The translations under genes were made by a program, and so were the position numbers. A stretch of 64,000 nucleotides of DNA from Octopus sinensis (lineage: Eukaryota): NCBI RefSeq assembly GCF_006345805.1, contig NC_043004.1, forward strand, positions 58,342,001 through 58,406,000, read 5' to 3'. Each line of letters starts with the position of its first letter. The first letter of the stretch is position 1. Shown one piece after another: positions 1 through 12,196 of the stretch. Below the pieces are notes generated by a model, which was given only the letters and a program-made list of their open reading frames with translations, was not told where the DNA came from and ran no database searches.

Positions 1-329
1 CGGAACCCTCATCGTCGTAACCGACGGAGTGCTTCCATCCACTTCTAAGTTAGTAGTTGCATGTGTTACTTTCTCCTGTCAATCTCATATGTGCTAATGT
101 CATGAAACGGTCAACCTAAAATTACATCTCATATTCTCATGCACTGACCAGGTCATCTATGAACCCTGTGATGGTAGTAATTCAAGTGTTGAACCCTATA
201 GTATGAACATATTGATAGCTGATTGATTATATTATTGAACTGAAAGAATAAATTAACGGACATTTATTGAAGCAACTTTAAAATCACCTTAGCAATTTCT
301 TATGCATTCTCTTTATAAACACACACACA

Positions 330-480
330 GTGGTATGGTGGTGTGATTAAGAAATTTATTTCACAGCCAAATGGTTTCAGGCTCAATCCCACTGCACAGC
401 ACCATGGTCAAGTGTCTCCTACTGTAGGCTTGAGCTAACATGAGTAGATTTGGTAGATGGACACTAAAAGAAGCAGGTCC
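330..480 (+). mobile_element. Old family A 5' half; similar half copies at about 4940-5085(+), 6934-7078(+), 7316-7438(-), 7493-7610(+), 13125-13325(-), 26416-26560(-), 31755-31925(+), 35543-35680(-), 36503-36690(+), 37167-37387(+), 54018-54130(-), 62021-62163(-)
   Basis: Recognisable blocks such as CACCTTGGGCAAGTGTC and GATTTGGTAGATGGAAACTGAAAGAAGC. Confidence 0.65.
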
Positions 481-496
481 TATGTTTACATATATA

Positions 497-527
497 AATG
501 TGTGTGTGTTTGTGTGTGTATCTGTGT

Positions 528-560
<33 letters not shown>

Positions 561-703
561 ACATGCATCTATGTGTGTGTGTATGTGTGTGTATCTGTGT
601 TGTGTGTGTGTGTGTGTGTGTGTGCACATGCATCTATGTGTGTGTGTATGTGTGTGTATCTGTGTTGTGTGTGTGTGCGTGTGTGCATGTGTTGTGTGTG
701 TAT
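497..703. repeat. Compound (TG)n microsatellite with a duplicated higher-order unit
   Basis: GCACATGCATCTATGTG..GTATCTGTGTTG block occurs twice. Confidence 0.9.
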
Positions 704-951
704 GACTCCCTATCTTGATAAAATACATGCAAATTGTAAACAAATGTCACTATGAAATATGTGATATCATTTGTTTAATATCTTCCTTGCAAACATGTCT
801 GGACAAGGTAAAATATTACCTTGCTTAAAGGCAAAAGAAGGATGTTGAAAGAAAGATCCTCCAGATGTAGAAATCTGCTTCAGCTTATTCTGTCTAACCC
901 GTGCAAAGCAGGTATGGAAAAGGGGACATTAAAATGATGATGACGACGATA

Positions 952-1240
952 TCTTCTATTATATAAAATCCGTTCTGTCTGTCTGTGTGTGTGTCTTCTA
1001 GGATCTCGCGTATCCTCCATCCGATTGCGCTCAAATTTGATACGTAGATACAGACGGTATCAGGGCATGTATAAGTCTTGAAAAAATTACAAAAAAACGA
1101 TTCCAGGTGAGAATGCGATCGATAAAACCGTGGGAACGTGCATTTGTATGAGCAAGTTCATCAGCTGTTGCGATCAATACAACGCATACGCGAGAAAAAT
1201 GCACGTGCAGTTTGCGCAAAAAAAAGTAGTACTAATACTA
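952..1240 (+). mobile_element. CpG-rich Helitron-like 5' fragment, different family
   Basis: A|TCTTCTATTATATAAAATCCGTTCTGTCTGTCTG start resembles the family F start; no 3' hairpin/CTAG found. Confidence 0.4.
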
Positions 1241-1632
1241 ACATCTGTCATAAAACATTCATCTACTCCTAGCTTCTTCGGTTACCAGCAAATTACTGAG
1301 CATGGAATTCGTCTTACTAAGAAGTTAGTATTAGTACTACTCTTTCATGGCACAAAGCTGAACTGTATCTCATCTAGATTAATCCACTTCTTAATCAGTT
1401 GCACTGCATTTCTTAACATAGCTTTCATTTCTTAGTCAAAAGATTGATAACTTTGTAGTTTCTTCTCACTTGTGCATCTTCCTTTGACTTTGCTGCACTC
1501 AGAGATGATGATGATACTATACTATTTCTAGGATGACACTTTCCCCTACTACCTGATTCACCATGAAAATGAATATCCCTCCTCCAGAAATTTTAAATTA
1601 AACCATATGAAATATATATATATATATATATT

Positions 1633-2012
1633 CTCTTTTACTTGTTCCAGTCATTTGACTGTGGCCATGCTGGAGCTCCACCTTTAGTCGAACAAATCGA
1701 CCTCAAGACTTCTTCTTTGTAAGCCTAGTATTTATTTTATTGGTCTCCTTTGCTGAACCACTAAGCTACAAAGACGTAAATGCACCAACATCAGTTGTCA
1801 AGCAATGGTGGAGGGGGACTAACAGACACACACAAATATATTCATATATATATATATTATGGGCTTCTTTCAGTTCCCATCTACCAAGTTCACTCTCAAG
1901 ACTTTGGTTGGCCTGAGGCTATAGTAGAAGACACTTGCTCAAGGTGCCACACAGTGAGACTGAACCCAGAACCATGTGGTTGGTAAGCAAGCTACTTACC
2001 ACACAGCCACTC

Positions 2013-2014
<2 letters not shown>
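1633..2014 (-). mobile_element. SINE family A (tRNA-like head, CORE-like middle, internal (TA)/(TG)n, (GTAAAAGA)n tail)
   Basis: Colinear with the other full-length family A copies. Confidence 0.9.
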
Positions 2015-2045
<31 letters not shown>

Positions 2046-2476
2046 GAGAGAGAGAGAGAGATGTGCTTGTTTATGCACATCATTCTATATGTTTATGCAT
2101 CAAGCAATGTATAATTTTTACATCTTTATCATTTTATTTTTTCCTCACTAATATAATGCTCACAATCAACCATCACTCAAAACATCTTTATTAACAAAAA
2201 CATCAAATAAGTATAAAATTATTTTCAACTTTAGAGTAACTTAATGGATGCACGAAGTTCCATAGACATGTGCAGATATCCGAAGCTTTCTGGGAAGAAA
2301 CTCTGATTCAGCAATTTAATAACCTACAATGTTGTTATTTACATTTAATCTATCTTACATTTGTTTCTTTATAATGGAGTAGTAGTGTTTCCTAGCCTTT
2401 TTTACTACTGAACAATGAAAACATTTGGATACTTAGTATGATACTGTCAAACTATTAGCACAAATAGTGGCTGTAA

Positions 2477-2847
2477 TCTTTATATATAAAAGTGAAGTTG
2501 TGTGTCTGTCTCCTATGATTTAGATTCCTAACTACACCCACATTTTGCGGTGCAGTGTAACCAAAACCGGGTATCTTATAGTCGTGATTCATATCAGGCC
2601 CTTCTGGGTATTAGCATGAGTCTACGATTTAAAAAAAAATTTACCATAATTTTTTTCCCCATTTTTAATGCATTTTTTTCCTATTATATAAGGGAAGTAA
2701 CTCTCTAAAAATGTATTTTTAAATCTCAGAATGTAAAAAGCTACAGTAACACCCCACTTTGAGATGGCTATTATACTTTACATTTCTAAAAATGCTTATA
2801 TAGTTATTCCCCTTACAAACCCGAGCAATGCTGGGCGATACTGCTAG
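2477..2847 (+). mobile_element. Non-autonomous Helitron, family F
   Basis: A|TC 5' end, subterminal hairpin CCCGAGCAATGCTGGG, CTAG|T 3' end, no TSD. Confidence 0.85.
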
Positions 2848-3207
2848 TTAAATCTAAAATCACTATCTGCTTCATGGATTATAACATCTCTTCTAGGAGG
2901 GCATTATAGATCCTTTTGGAAACCATGACAGCCTAACTAATTGAGACTACAAATACAGATGCTGGTAACAATTAGTTAGCTGAATAATTAGTTGGGAAGT
3001 TCTTGTAAGCCCTGATTGTGTAAACTTTGGCTTTGATAGAACTAATAAATCCTCTTTGATACTATGGTGGTATCATAGAATCAGAGGCAGCTTCGAACTG
3101 CTCCTAATTCTATGATTCAAAGAGTCTATTTCAAACTGGTCTAAATTAAGACTGTCATAAAAATTTTATGTTACATTTCAAACATCAGTTTAATAATTTT
3201 AATAATT

Positions 3208-3426
3208 TACTCTTTTTTTTTACTCTTTTTACTTGTTTCAGTCACTTGACTGCGGCCATGCTGGAGCACTGCCTTTAATCGAGCAACTCAACCCTGGGAC
3301 TTATTCTTTTTGTAAGCCCAGTACTTATTCTATTGGTCTCTTTTGCCGAACCGCTAAGTAACGGGGACATAAACACACCAGCATCAGTTGTGAAGCAATG
3401 CTAGGGGGACAAACACAGACACACAA

Positions 3427-3457
<31 letters not shown>

Positions 3458-3629
3458 CATATATACGACAGGCTTCTTTCAGTTTCCGTCTACCAAATCC
3501 ACTCACAAGGCTTTGGTCGGCCCGAGGCTATAGTAGAAGACACTTGCCCAAGGTGCCACGCAGTGGGACTGAACCCGGAACCATGTGGTTGGTAAACAAG
3601 CTACTTACCACACAGCCACTCCTGTGCCT
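3208..3629 (-). mobile_element. SINE family A, full length
   Basis: Head, internal microsatellite and tail present. Confidence 0.9.
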
Positions 3630-5286
3630 CTTCATTTTTTTTTTTTTACAACATTGATTGAAACAATGATGGTGTATTTCAGCAGAAATACTATAAAAGA
3701 AGAATTAAATACTAAATAAAAGACATAAAACTAAAACATACTTGACTGTTTGTTACAATAGAAACTGTTTGTTTCTTATATTTATATCTTTGACTATTAT
3801 ATTTATAGTCTAAGAATATGCTATATCCTTGTTGATATCTGATTTAAATGTGATATTTATTTTGCCAGTATGTGTCAGTTAGTAGCTTAACTAAATAAAC
3901 TGAACCAAACAGGAAAAGATTTCAAACAGTAAACTGCTATGATTCAGTGGTTGGCCATTGTAACTAAATGCTTACAATCATGGCCAACACTTGGGTATTC
4001 AACACTCAAAGCCAGTCTTAATCAGTATATACTCACCACCCATCCATCCCCAAGTTGTAACTTTCTGGTGAACTCAGCCAAAAGCAAGTGTATAATATTT
4101 CAGTAGGTAATAATTCAATATTCTTTTACTACTAAAACAGTCCTGAAACAACTCCCTCAATTCTTCCTTGATACTAAGGTTAATGTTAAAAAGATATTTG
4201 GGGTAGATTTTTATTTTTATTTTCTCTTCCAATGTTCTTCAAAAATTGGCTTTTTTTTTTTTTTGTTAGTTTGATTAAGAATTTTTGTCGATGCTGTTCA
4301 TAATTTGTGCAAGGCCCTCAGATTTCAACATCCTAGGTAATTGTTTGGTTTGCCTAGAGTGTAGCACTGACCATGATTTTTAAATACTGAGACAAAGTTA
4401 ACACATTTATCATTCAGCAAGTACATATCTGCTTGATAGTATTTACTGGTAGTTTATACTATAAAAATGAGTAGATCATTTTACATGTATTAGGTCCATA
4501 AGTCAAGTCGTTAACTCGACAATGCATACATTTTTGGATGCATAAAAGTACCCGAGTATCTTGAAAAGCAAGCATTTCTAATTTCAACCAATTTCCTGCA
4601 ACAAGGTATTCTTTCTATTTCCGGACATATTTAATCTGTAATTACTATTCATTAACGATACTCATCTACTAATGATGTAAAAACATTTGCTTACTTTAAT
4701 GTTAGGAGCCAATTCATTGTTTGTGCCATTTGTTCTTTGATTAATTCCTGGCTAATTTGATAATTATTTTCATGTATAGAATTGTCTTAAGTAATGATAG
4801 TCAATCATTATTGTGATCAGAACAGCAAAAATAGTACAGACCTCATTTTGCAGTGAGACATCACCAGACTTTTATGGATCTATAAACAAATTTATTTTTA
4901 AAGCTTACTAGATTACAATTTTTAAGTTCATAACCAAAGTTGTGGTTTAACAGCTTGCTTTGCAATAATGTTTTTTCTGGTTTAGTACCACTGCATGGCA
5001 CTCTGAGAAAGTGTTTTCTAAAATTGCTCTGAGCCGACCAATGTCAGTGAATGAATGTGGTAGAAACTGTGTGGAAGCCTGCTAATATATGTGTGTGTGT
5101 GTGTGTGTGTGTCCTAAAACCAAAGTACCATGTAAAAGCATTGGTGTGGGTGCTAGTGCCACATAAAATGTGGTTGGCATTAGGAAGAACATCCAGCTAT
5201 AGAAACCAAGCCAAAACTGACAATGGAACCTGATGCATCCCCTGACCTTATCAGTTCCTGTGAAGCCATCCATTCCATGCCAGCAT

Positions 5287-6393
5287 CATCTCCTTTGAAA
5301 TAGTCACCTTGTACAGCTGCACACCAGACCCAGCATCCCTGCCACTTTTGGAATTCTGCCGGGAAGTTGTTTTCTGTAAGCGAGTGGAGGACCTTCTGCA
5401 GTTCACTTTTGATCTCAATTATGGTGTTAAAACAGTGACCTTTACGCTGCATTATCATTATGGAAAAGATGGAATTCCACAGGCATTAAATCTGACAAAT
5501 AGGGTGAGTTTGGAAGTGATACCATGTTTTTGGTGAGAAACTTATGAGCCAATTCTTCCCATTCCACAGACCCAGTCACTTACACCAAATGTTCTCCCTC
5601 AAATATTTCAAAACGTCACTCTTGATTGATGGTCTGGCCCTGGTTTACAAATTCTCAATGCACAATACCACCTTTACTCTTTACTTGTTTCAGTCACTTG
5701 ACTGCGGCCATGCTAGAGCACCGCCTTTAGTCGAGCAAATCGACCCCGGGACTTATTCTTTGTAAGCCCAGTACTTATTCTATCGGTCTCTTTTGCTGAA
5801 CCGCTAAGTGACAGGGACGTAAATACACCAGCATCGGTTGTCAACACATACACACACACTTATATATATATTCATATATATGACAGGCTTCTTTCAGTTT
5901 CCGTCTACCAGATCCACTCACAAGGCATTGGTCGGCCCGGGGCTATAGCAGAAGACACTTGCCCAAGATGCCACGCAGTGGGACTGAACCCGGAACCATG
6001 TGGTTGGTTAGCAAGCTACTTACCACACAGCCACTCCTGCGCCTACCAGGGCTTTTCTTCTACTTTTGAAGTGCCTATGCCACTCGAAATATTGTGTATG
6101 ACCTATTGCTTCATCGTCATTGCCAAAGCTTGCTCATTGTCTCTGTAGCAGACTTTCCAAGTTTATCGCGAAATTTCATGTTAGCTCTTTCTTTCCATTC
6201 ATGACAAAATCACAGACTACAGCATACATATGATCATTAAAGCACAAATTTCACAACCTGCAAAGTAAACACAGCAATATCTTTTAGCACACATCTTGAA
6301 GATCACTGCTAGCTCTCACTGCATACACAACTGTGTGCTGCCATCTGTTGGTGCACTATAGAACTAGTCTGGGAACTTTTTAATTCCACCTTG
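5287..6393 (-). mobile_element. Decayed mariner element interrupted by a family A SINE
   Basis: Terminus at 6393 beside TA; N-terminal HTH remnant KFRDKLGKSATETM..FEWHRHFK (6046-6190); C-terminal remnant GIVH*EFVNQGQTIN and KGHCFNTIIEIKSELQKVLHSLTENNF..QGDYFKGD (5290-5673). Confidence 0.8.
5674..6044 (-). mobile_element. SINE family A inside mariner relic
   Basis: Full length apart from a small internal deletion. Confidence 0.9.
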
Positions 6394-6490
6394 TATTTTC
6401 TTGAAATAATAATGCAGCTTAAAACAAGTACCTCCAGATCTTTCTGATACAATGCAAGCAATAAAGAGATGTAGTAGTTATGTATACAAT

Positions 6491-6660
6491 AGGTGCAGGA
6501 GTGGCTGTGTGGTAAGTAGCTTGCTTACCAACCACATGGTTCCGGGTTCAGTCCCACTGCGTGGCACCTTGGGCAAGTGTCTTCTGCTATAGCCCCGGGC
6601 CGACCAAAGCATTGTGAGTGGATTTGGTAGATGGAAACTGAAAGAAGCCTGTCGTATATA

Positions 6661-6700
<40 letters not shown>

Positions 6701-6910
6701 TGTGTGTGTTTATGTGTCTATGTTTGTCCCCCTAGCATTGCTTGACAACCAATGCTGGTGTGTTTACGTCCCAGTAACTTAGCGGTTTGGCAAAAGAAAC
6801 CAATAGAATAAGTACTAAGCTTACAAAGAATAAGTCCTGGGGTCGATTTGCTCGACCAAAAGTGGTGCTCCAGCGTGGCCGCAGTCAAATGACTGAAACA
6901 ACTAAAAGAG
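6491..6910 (+). mobile_element. SINE family A, full length
   Basis: Head AGGTGCAGGAGTGGCTGTGTGGTAAG; B-box-like GGTTCAGTCCC. Confidence 0.9.
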
Positions 6911-7454
6911 TATATATAGTTTATTATTTCATGGCAGTTGGGTAGAAAAGCTTATTTTGAAACTATGTGGTCTTTGGTTCAAATCCACTGTGTTCTACTT
7001 TGGGGAAGTGCTATCTACTGTTGCTGGCCAATACCTTGTAAATAAATTTGGTTGATGTAAGCTGCACAGAAGACCATAAAACACACACTCATATTTATTG
7101 TCATTATCGTTTAAATGTCTGCTTTTCCATGCTTGCATGAGTCACATATGATTCATTGCAGCTGATTTGCTTATAGCAAGTATACTTTTATGAAAGATTA
7201 GAAAAAATACCACTTCTGTAATGATAGTGTTTTTTGATGTTTTCAAGACAAGGAGACAAAATACTTCCATACTTCCATACTCCCACACACAACAAACACA
7301 CACATACACACATGGTAGGACTCTTCTCTAAATTCACTCACAGACTTTTGTTGGCCTGGAACTATGGGAGAAAGCACTTGCCAAACCTAAAACCATATAA
7401 GTGTGAAGCAAGTTTCTTTACCATAGAACTATGCCAGCTCATTTTTGTATATGC

Positions 7455-7494
<40 letters not shown>

Positions 7495-8042
7495 CACCTT
7501 GGGCAAGAATCTTCTACCTCGGGCCAATCAAATTTTTGTGAGTGGATTTGGAAGATGGAAACTGAAAGAAACCTGTTGCATATGTGTGTGTGTGTGTGTG
7601 TGTGTGTTTGTCTGCATAAGAGAATAATACAGAGATGATGGTCATGATGTAAAAATGGGGGATAATACAGAGATGATGATGATGCTTTTAAAAGATAAAA
7701 TTGTGTTAAGCAGTCATGGGTCGACAAGTATGTTACTTAAATAGTTCGTATTAACAAAAGTCAATTTAGCTATAGAAAATAGGAAAAAGCAGAGAAAAGT
7801 GATACCATGTATAAGAGTTAATGGTTCTTGATCAAGTGTGGGAACCCTTTTTAGCATCAGAAGCAACTTCCATGCACAAAAGTAACAACTTGTGGAAGAG
7901 GGATACATGTGTTCTGAACAAATAAGTAGGTCTTGAAACATTAAAATTTACAGATTATTGTTTTTGATCTAAGGGCTTAAATTGGCTTTTATCACAGACT
8001 TTGTTTGGGAATGGTTTCAAATGTGTCCACAGACCAAATTTC

Positions 8043-8269
8043 TATTTCTTTACTACCCACAAGGGGCTAAACACTGAGGAGACAAACAAGGACAGACAAA
8101 TGGATTAAGTCGATTACATCAGCCCCAGTGTGTAACTGGTACTTATTTAATCGACCCCGAAAGGATGAAAAGCAAAGTCGACCTTGGTGGAATTTGAATT
8201 CAGAACGTAGTGGCAGACAAAATACCGCTAAGCAATTTCACCCGGTGTGCTAACGTTTCTGCCAGCTTG
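8043..8269 (-). mobile_element. SINE family G with 16-bp TSD; older copy at about 23392-23610 (+)
   Basis: CCACAGACCAAATTTC at 8027-8042 and 8270-8285; core GGTCGACTTTGCTTTTCATCCTTTCGGGGTCGATTAAATAAGTACC resembles, from memory, the Nin/Deu SINE domain. Confidence 0.8.
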
Positions 8270-8523
8270 CCACAGACCAAATTTCATCTATGGAAAAGGG
8301 ATTCCCTAACTTTCTTGTAAGTTCTTGGTATATGAATCTTTGCCGTTTATGAGCTTGAGATTATTTTGGATGTGGTAAAAGATGCTTGTATATATATATA
8401 TAAAGTTGCAGTGCTATTCTAAACTGGGTGTAGAACTGAAATGTAAATATAGTTTAGGCTTTGTAAGAGCTGGAATATTTTATAGTACTGGAGAAGCCTA
8501 ATCTTTGAGATGAGGTTTTATTT

Positions 8524-8569
<46 letters not shown>

Positions 8570-8894
8570 TGTGTGTGTGCATGTATGCATGTGTGTGAGT
8601 TTGCCATGAAACTGTGATGCCTAGCATTTGTAAAGATTTCAGGATTTACTTATATGCTTTAAAGGGAGTGAGATATAAAATTGTTCCCTCTTTTTGTTGG
8701 TTTTTAAAAATTTTTTTGCTGCTCTTCTGCTTTGAGTTTAATCCCCACTGGGGCCAACAAAATGAATTGATGTAATCAACTAAGCTCTTCCACTATTTAA
8801 ACCATGTACCGATGTAAGAAATCCTTATTTAAGAAGGTAGCAAAATGTTGGATTACAAACCTTGTAGTTTTTAGCTTCATCTCTTCATGCTCTA

Positions 8895-9239
8895 CAGTTC
8901 TATATTTAAGAGATGAGGAATTATGTGCATTATTTACATTATTTACATTCTACAGATATCTGTCCTCATCTTATTTGTGGATAACACAGCATTTCAGCTG
9001 ATATACTCTCCAGCCTTGTGTGGGCTACTAACCCCAAGATTCTGAGTTTGATTCAACGCAGGGACCTGAACAATAATAATAATAATAATAACAACATCGA
9101 AAAATACCTTAGGAATGAGAACCCAGGTTTGAAATTTCCCCAAGACACCTGATGAAGGCTTGAGGGTATATCAGCCGAAACGTTGTGTTAACAACAAACA
9201 AGATGAGGACAAATATCCGTTGAATGTAAATAATGTAAA
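8895..9239. mobile_element. Family D palindromic tRNA-head/hammerhead element, centre deleted, 13-bp TSD
   Basis: 8895-9017 is the reverse complement of the tail seen at 9156-9239; TCTTCATGCTCTA at 8882-8894 and 9240-9252; homologous to 59041-59606. Confidence 0.8.
9144..9189 (+). ncRNA. Minimal type I hammerhead ribozyme motif, family D, core intact
   Basis: GACAC-CTGATGA-A-GGCT..AGCC-GAA-ACGT-T-GTGTT: stem I GACAC/GTGTT, stem II GGCT/AGCC, palindromic stem III ACGT, extra A after A9, GUU site. Confidence 0.75.
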
Positions 9240-10716
9240 TCTTCATGCTCTAATTTTATATTTAAAATCCTGTCATAGCTGACTACCTTCTATCTATTGA
9301 GAAGTGATTACGTACCAGTCATGTACTGGTGGAGTGAGGTCAATCTAATTAATTTTAAATTTGTGATCTTGTATCAATGATATAAATCATTACTATAACT
9401 AATTCATTAACAGAATCCTTATTGATATCAATGCTACATGCATTAAAAAAGAAAAAAATTACAAAGAAATGAATAATATTTTATACTTTTATAAGTCATA
9501 TGATCTACTTCCATCTACCAACCTTGTGATTGCTCCAGAAAGATCCTAATAATGATTGGTATAAGCAAATGTTGTTTTCATTACTATACACTTGTTCTCC
9601 TTGTCTTTTGTATGCAGTCCCAGTGGTTTGGCGAGCTCGGGCAACGGTGGGAATACCCGGACTATCCGACGTCTCTCCTTCCGCCACCACAGTCGTTGTG
9701 TTGGCTATTCGTTCCCGCCTCTCATCTGTGACGTGACCTTTACTCCTGCTGTCGCACCCTGCTTTTGTACCTGGCCTTCATCCTTGCTAAAACCTCAGTT
9801 TACCCTCCAACTATTGCACATTTAGTGTAGATTTTAGCAAATACCAAAACTCCTCACCCTCACTCTACCCTCCATTTTAGCTGCTACTTCTGTCCTAACT
9901 ACAGGAAATAAACTAGTTAAGATAAACAAAATTACCTGGAGAAGTTTGTCAAGAAAATATTTTCAGCCTTACTAAATATCTAGGATTTATATTTATATAA
10001 ATATATATTAGTTACGGAAAATGAAGTACTTCAATATCACTCATTACTATATCATAAAACATTTTATTGATTTGTCATTTATAAATGATTGTTTATTTCT
10101 ATGGCACCATTAAACTGTTATTTATACAACTATCATATCATATTTTTAAATTTTACTTGATATGATATAATAATGTGTGATGTTGTTCAGCATTCAATAT
10201 TTATTGTGGTAGTACTGCTCTATTGCTGATATTACTCATACAATATCTTCAGTATTCTTAATGATGTGGCAATAAATACAAAAAACACAAATTTTGAATT
10301 CTAATCAAAGCTAAATGCTTGTTGAAAAGAGCCAACTTGGTAAGAGTTGTGAAGAAATAGCAAACATTTTAATCAAATTTATCAAAATGACATCATTTCA
10401 TGAACCTTTCAAGTAAATTCTAGTAAAGTTCTCAGTTTCAAATCAGGAAACAAAGATGAAGAAGATCTTCATAAAAGATTTCATTTTTTTACAACTGAAG
10501 CTTTCCGACTTGGTTAACACACATTATTTTAATGAGGACAATTTAAAGTTTTATAATTTAAGAAGGAATGAAATGAAAATGCTAAAATGAACTGCTAAAT
10601 ATCTTTGATGGAAAAACAAAAAAAAAGTATATCAATTAATTTAGGTAGAATTAAAATAATAAATTAACCTTAAAATATTTTTAAGTTTATGCCCTCCTGA
10701 CCATTTTTTTCTAACC

Positions 10717-11802
10717 ATGTTTTACCACAGCTCTGGAGCCAGCTCAGATCGCCGGAGCGACCTCCCTTCAGCCACATCCTTGGCAGCATCTCGAAACGCC
10801 TCGCTCCGTCACCAACAACAGCAACACCCCACATCAATAGGAATTCGGAAAAGGGACCCCACATCATCGGCCAACACAGCGGCATCCGATCACCATCACC
10901 ATTTTCCACATCACCACTCACATCATCATCATCACCACCAACATCCTCCACCATTATTGTCTTCAACTAGTACGACTGCGGGAGATCCAACCACAGCCAC
11001 ATCAGGATCATTCCGTGCTAAACAAGGTCGATCCGAAGTGAAAATAGCTGATCCTGTAGTGACGAGTGGTGTTAGTGGTTCTTTACAGCTAGCAGCGTCT
11101 CCAGCAGTCGTGCAACCTCCAGGTAGTCTTATTCCTGCAGGCAACAATAACCTTCCTATTCAAGGAGGTGGCAGAGGAGTTGGCAGTGGTGGTGTTGGCA
11201 GTGGTAGTGTGGTAGGTGTGGGAGTAGGAGACATGTCGTCGGCCCTGCAACGACCCTTCTATGCAACATCCTCAATAGGAAGCCCTCCTGATCCGGCTTC
11301 AATTTTGAGGAGTAGGGAAGTTTCTAAACGTGTTATCCTAAATGTGGGTGGGGTAAAACATGAGGTATTGTGGCGCACTCTTGACCGCATGCCTCATACT
11401 CGGCTTGGTAAGCTGAGGGACTGTAATACACATGATGCAATTGTTGACCTTTGTGACGATTATAGCTTGGCCGAAAATGAATACTTTTTTGATCGACATC
11501 CTCGATCGTTTGCCTCCATCCTCAACTTTTACCGCACTGGAAAACTTCACTTGGTGGAGGAAATGTGTGTGCTGGCATTCAGTGAGGACTTGGAGTACTG
11601 GGGTGTAGACGAACTTTATTTAGAGTCATGTTGTCAGCATAAATATCATCAGAAAAAAGAACATGTGTTTGAGGAGATACGCAAAGAGGCTGAGAGTCTC
11701 CGAAAGGGAGAGGATGAAGATTTTGGTACCGGCTCGTTTGCCAAATGGCGACAACGAGTTTGGGACCTCCTTGAGAAGCCGACAACGTCCATGGCTGCGA
11801 GG
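10717..11802 (+). CDS. Shab: Kv2/Shab voltage-gated potassium channel, N-terminal exon (low-complexity N-terminus, T1 domain, T1-S1 linker); partial gene
   Basis: Translation contains [16 protein letters not shown], the Kv2 LCDDY motif, [11 protein letters not shown], the HX5CX20CC Zn motif (HLVEEMC...ESCC) and [15 protein letters not shown], ending where S1 should begin. Donor AGG|GTAAGT at 11802/11803, phase 0. The 5' boundary is uncertain (ATG 10717, acceptor AG 10729-10730, or ATG 11233). Confidence 0.95.
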
Positions 11803-12149
11803 GTAAGTCAAAAGGATTCTTTTTATTACATTATTTCAATATTTCTCTTGAATGCATTTGATTATGTTAATACGTTTTGAAAAAGAACTTGGAAAATTAA
11901 AATGTTATTTTTGTAATCTAAAAAGCAATTTGCATTTTTCTATTGCAGATTTTCATTATTCTTCAAAATTTAATGTATAAAAACTGAATGATTAATATTT
12001 TTATGTATTCAAATAAATATATAATTGTACTTACCTGTATATACACGTATGGTTATATGTATTCTATGTGTAATGTCTTTCACAAAATTATGAGTAAATA
12101 CATATTACATACTTACATATATATATATATTCTGCACACACACTATATG

Positions 12150-12196
<47 letters not shown>

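Noticed and set aside
11803-11880. C-terminal tail of the 387-aa ORF (VSQKDSFYY...)
   Set aside because: Read-through into the intron after the GTAAGT donor; no Kv2 similarity.
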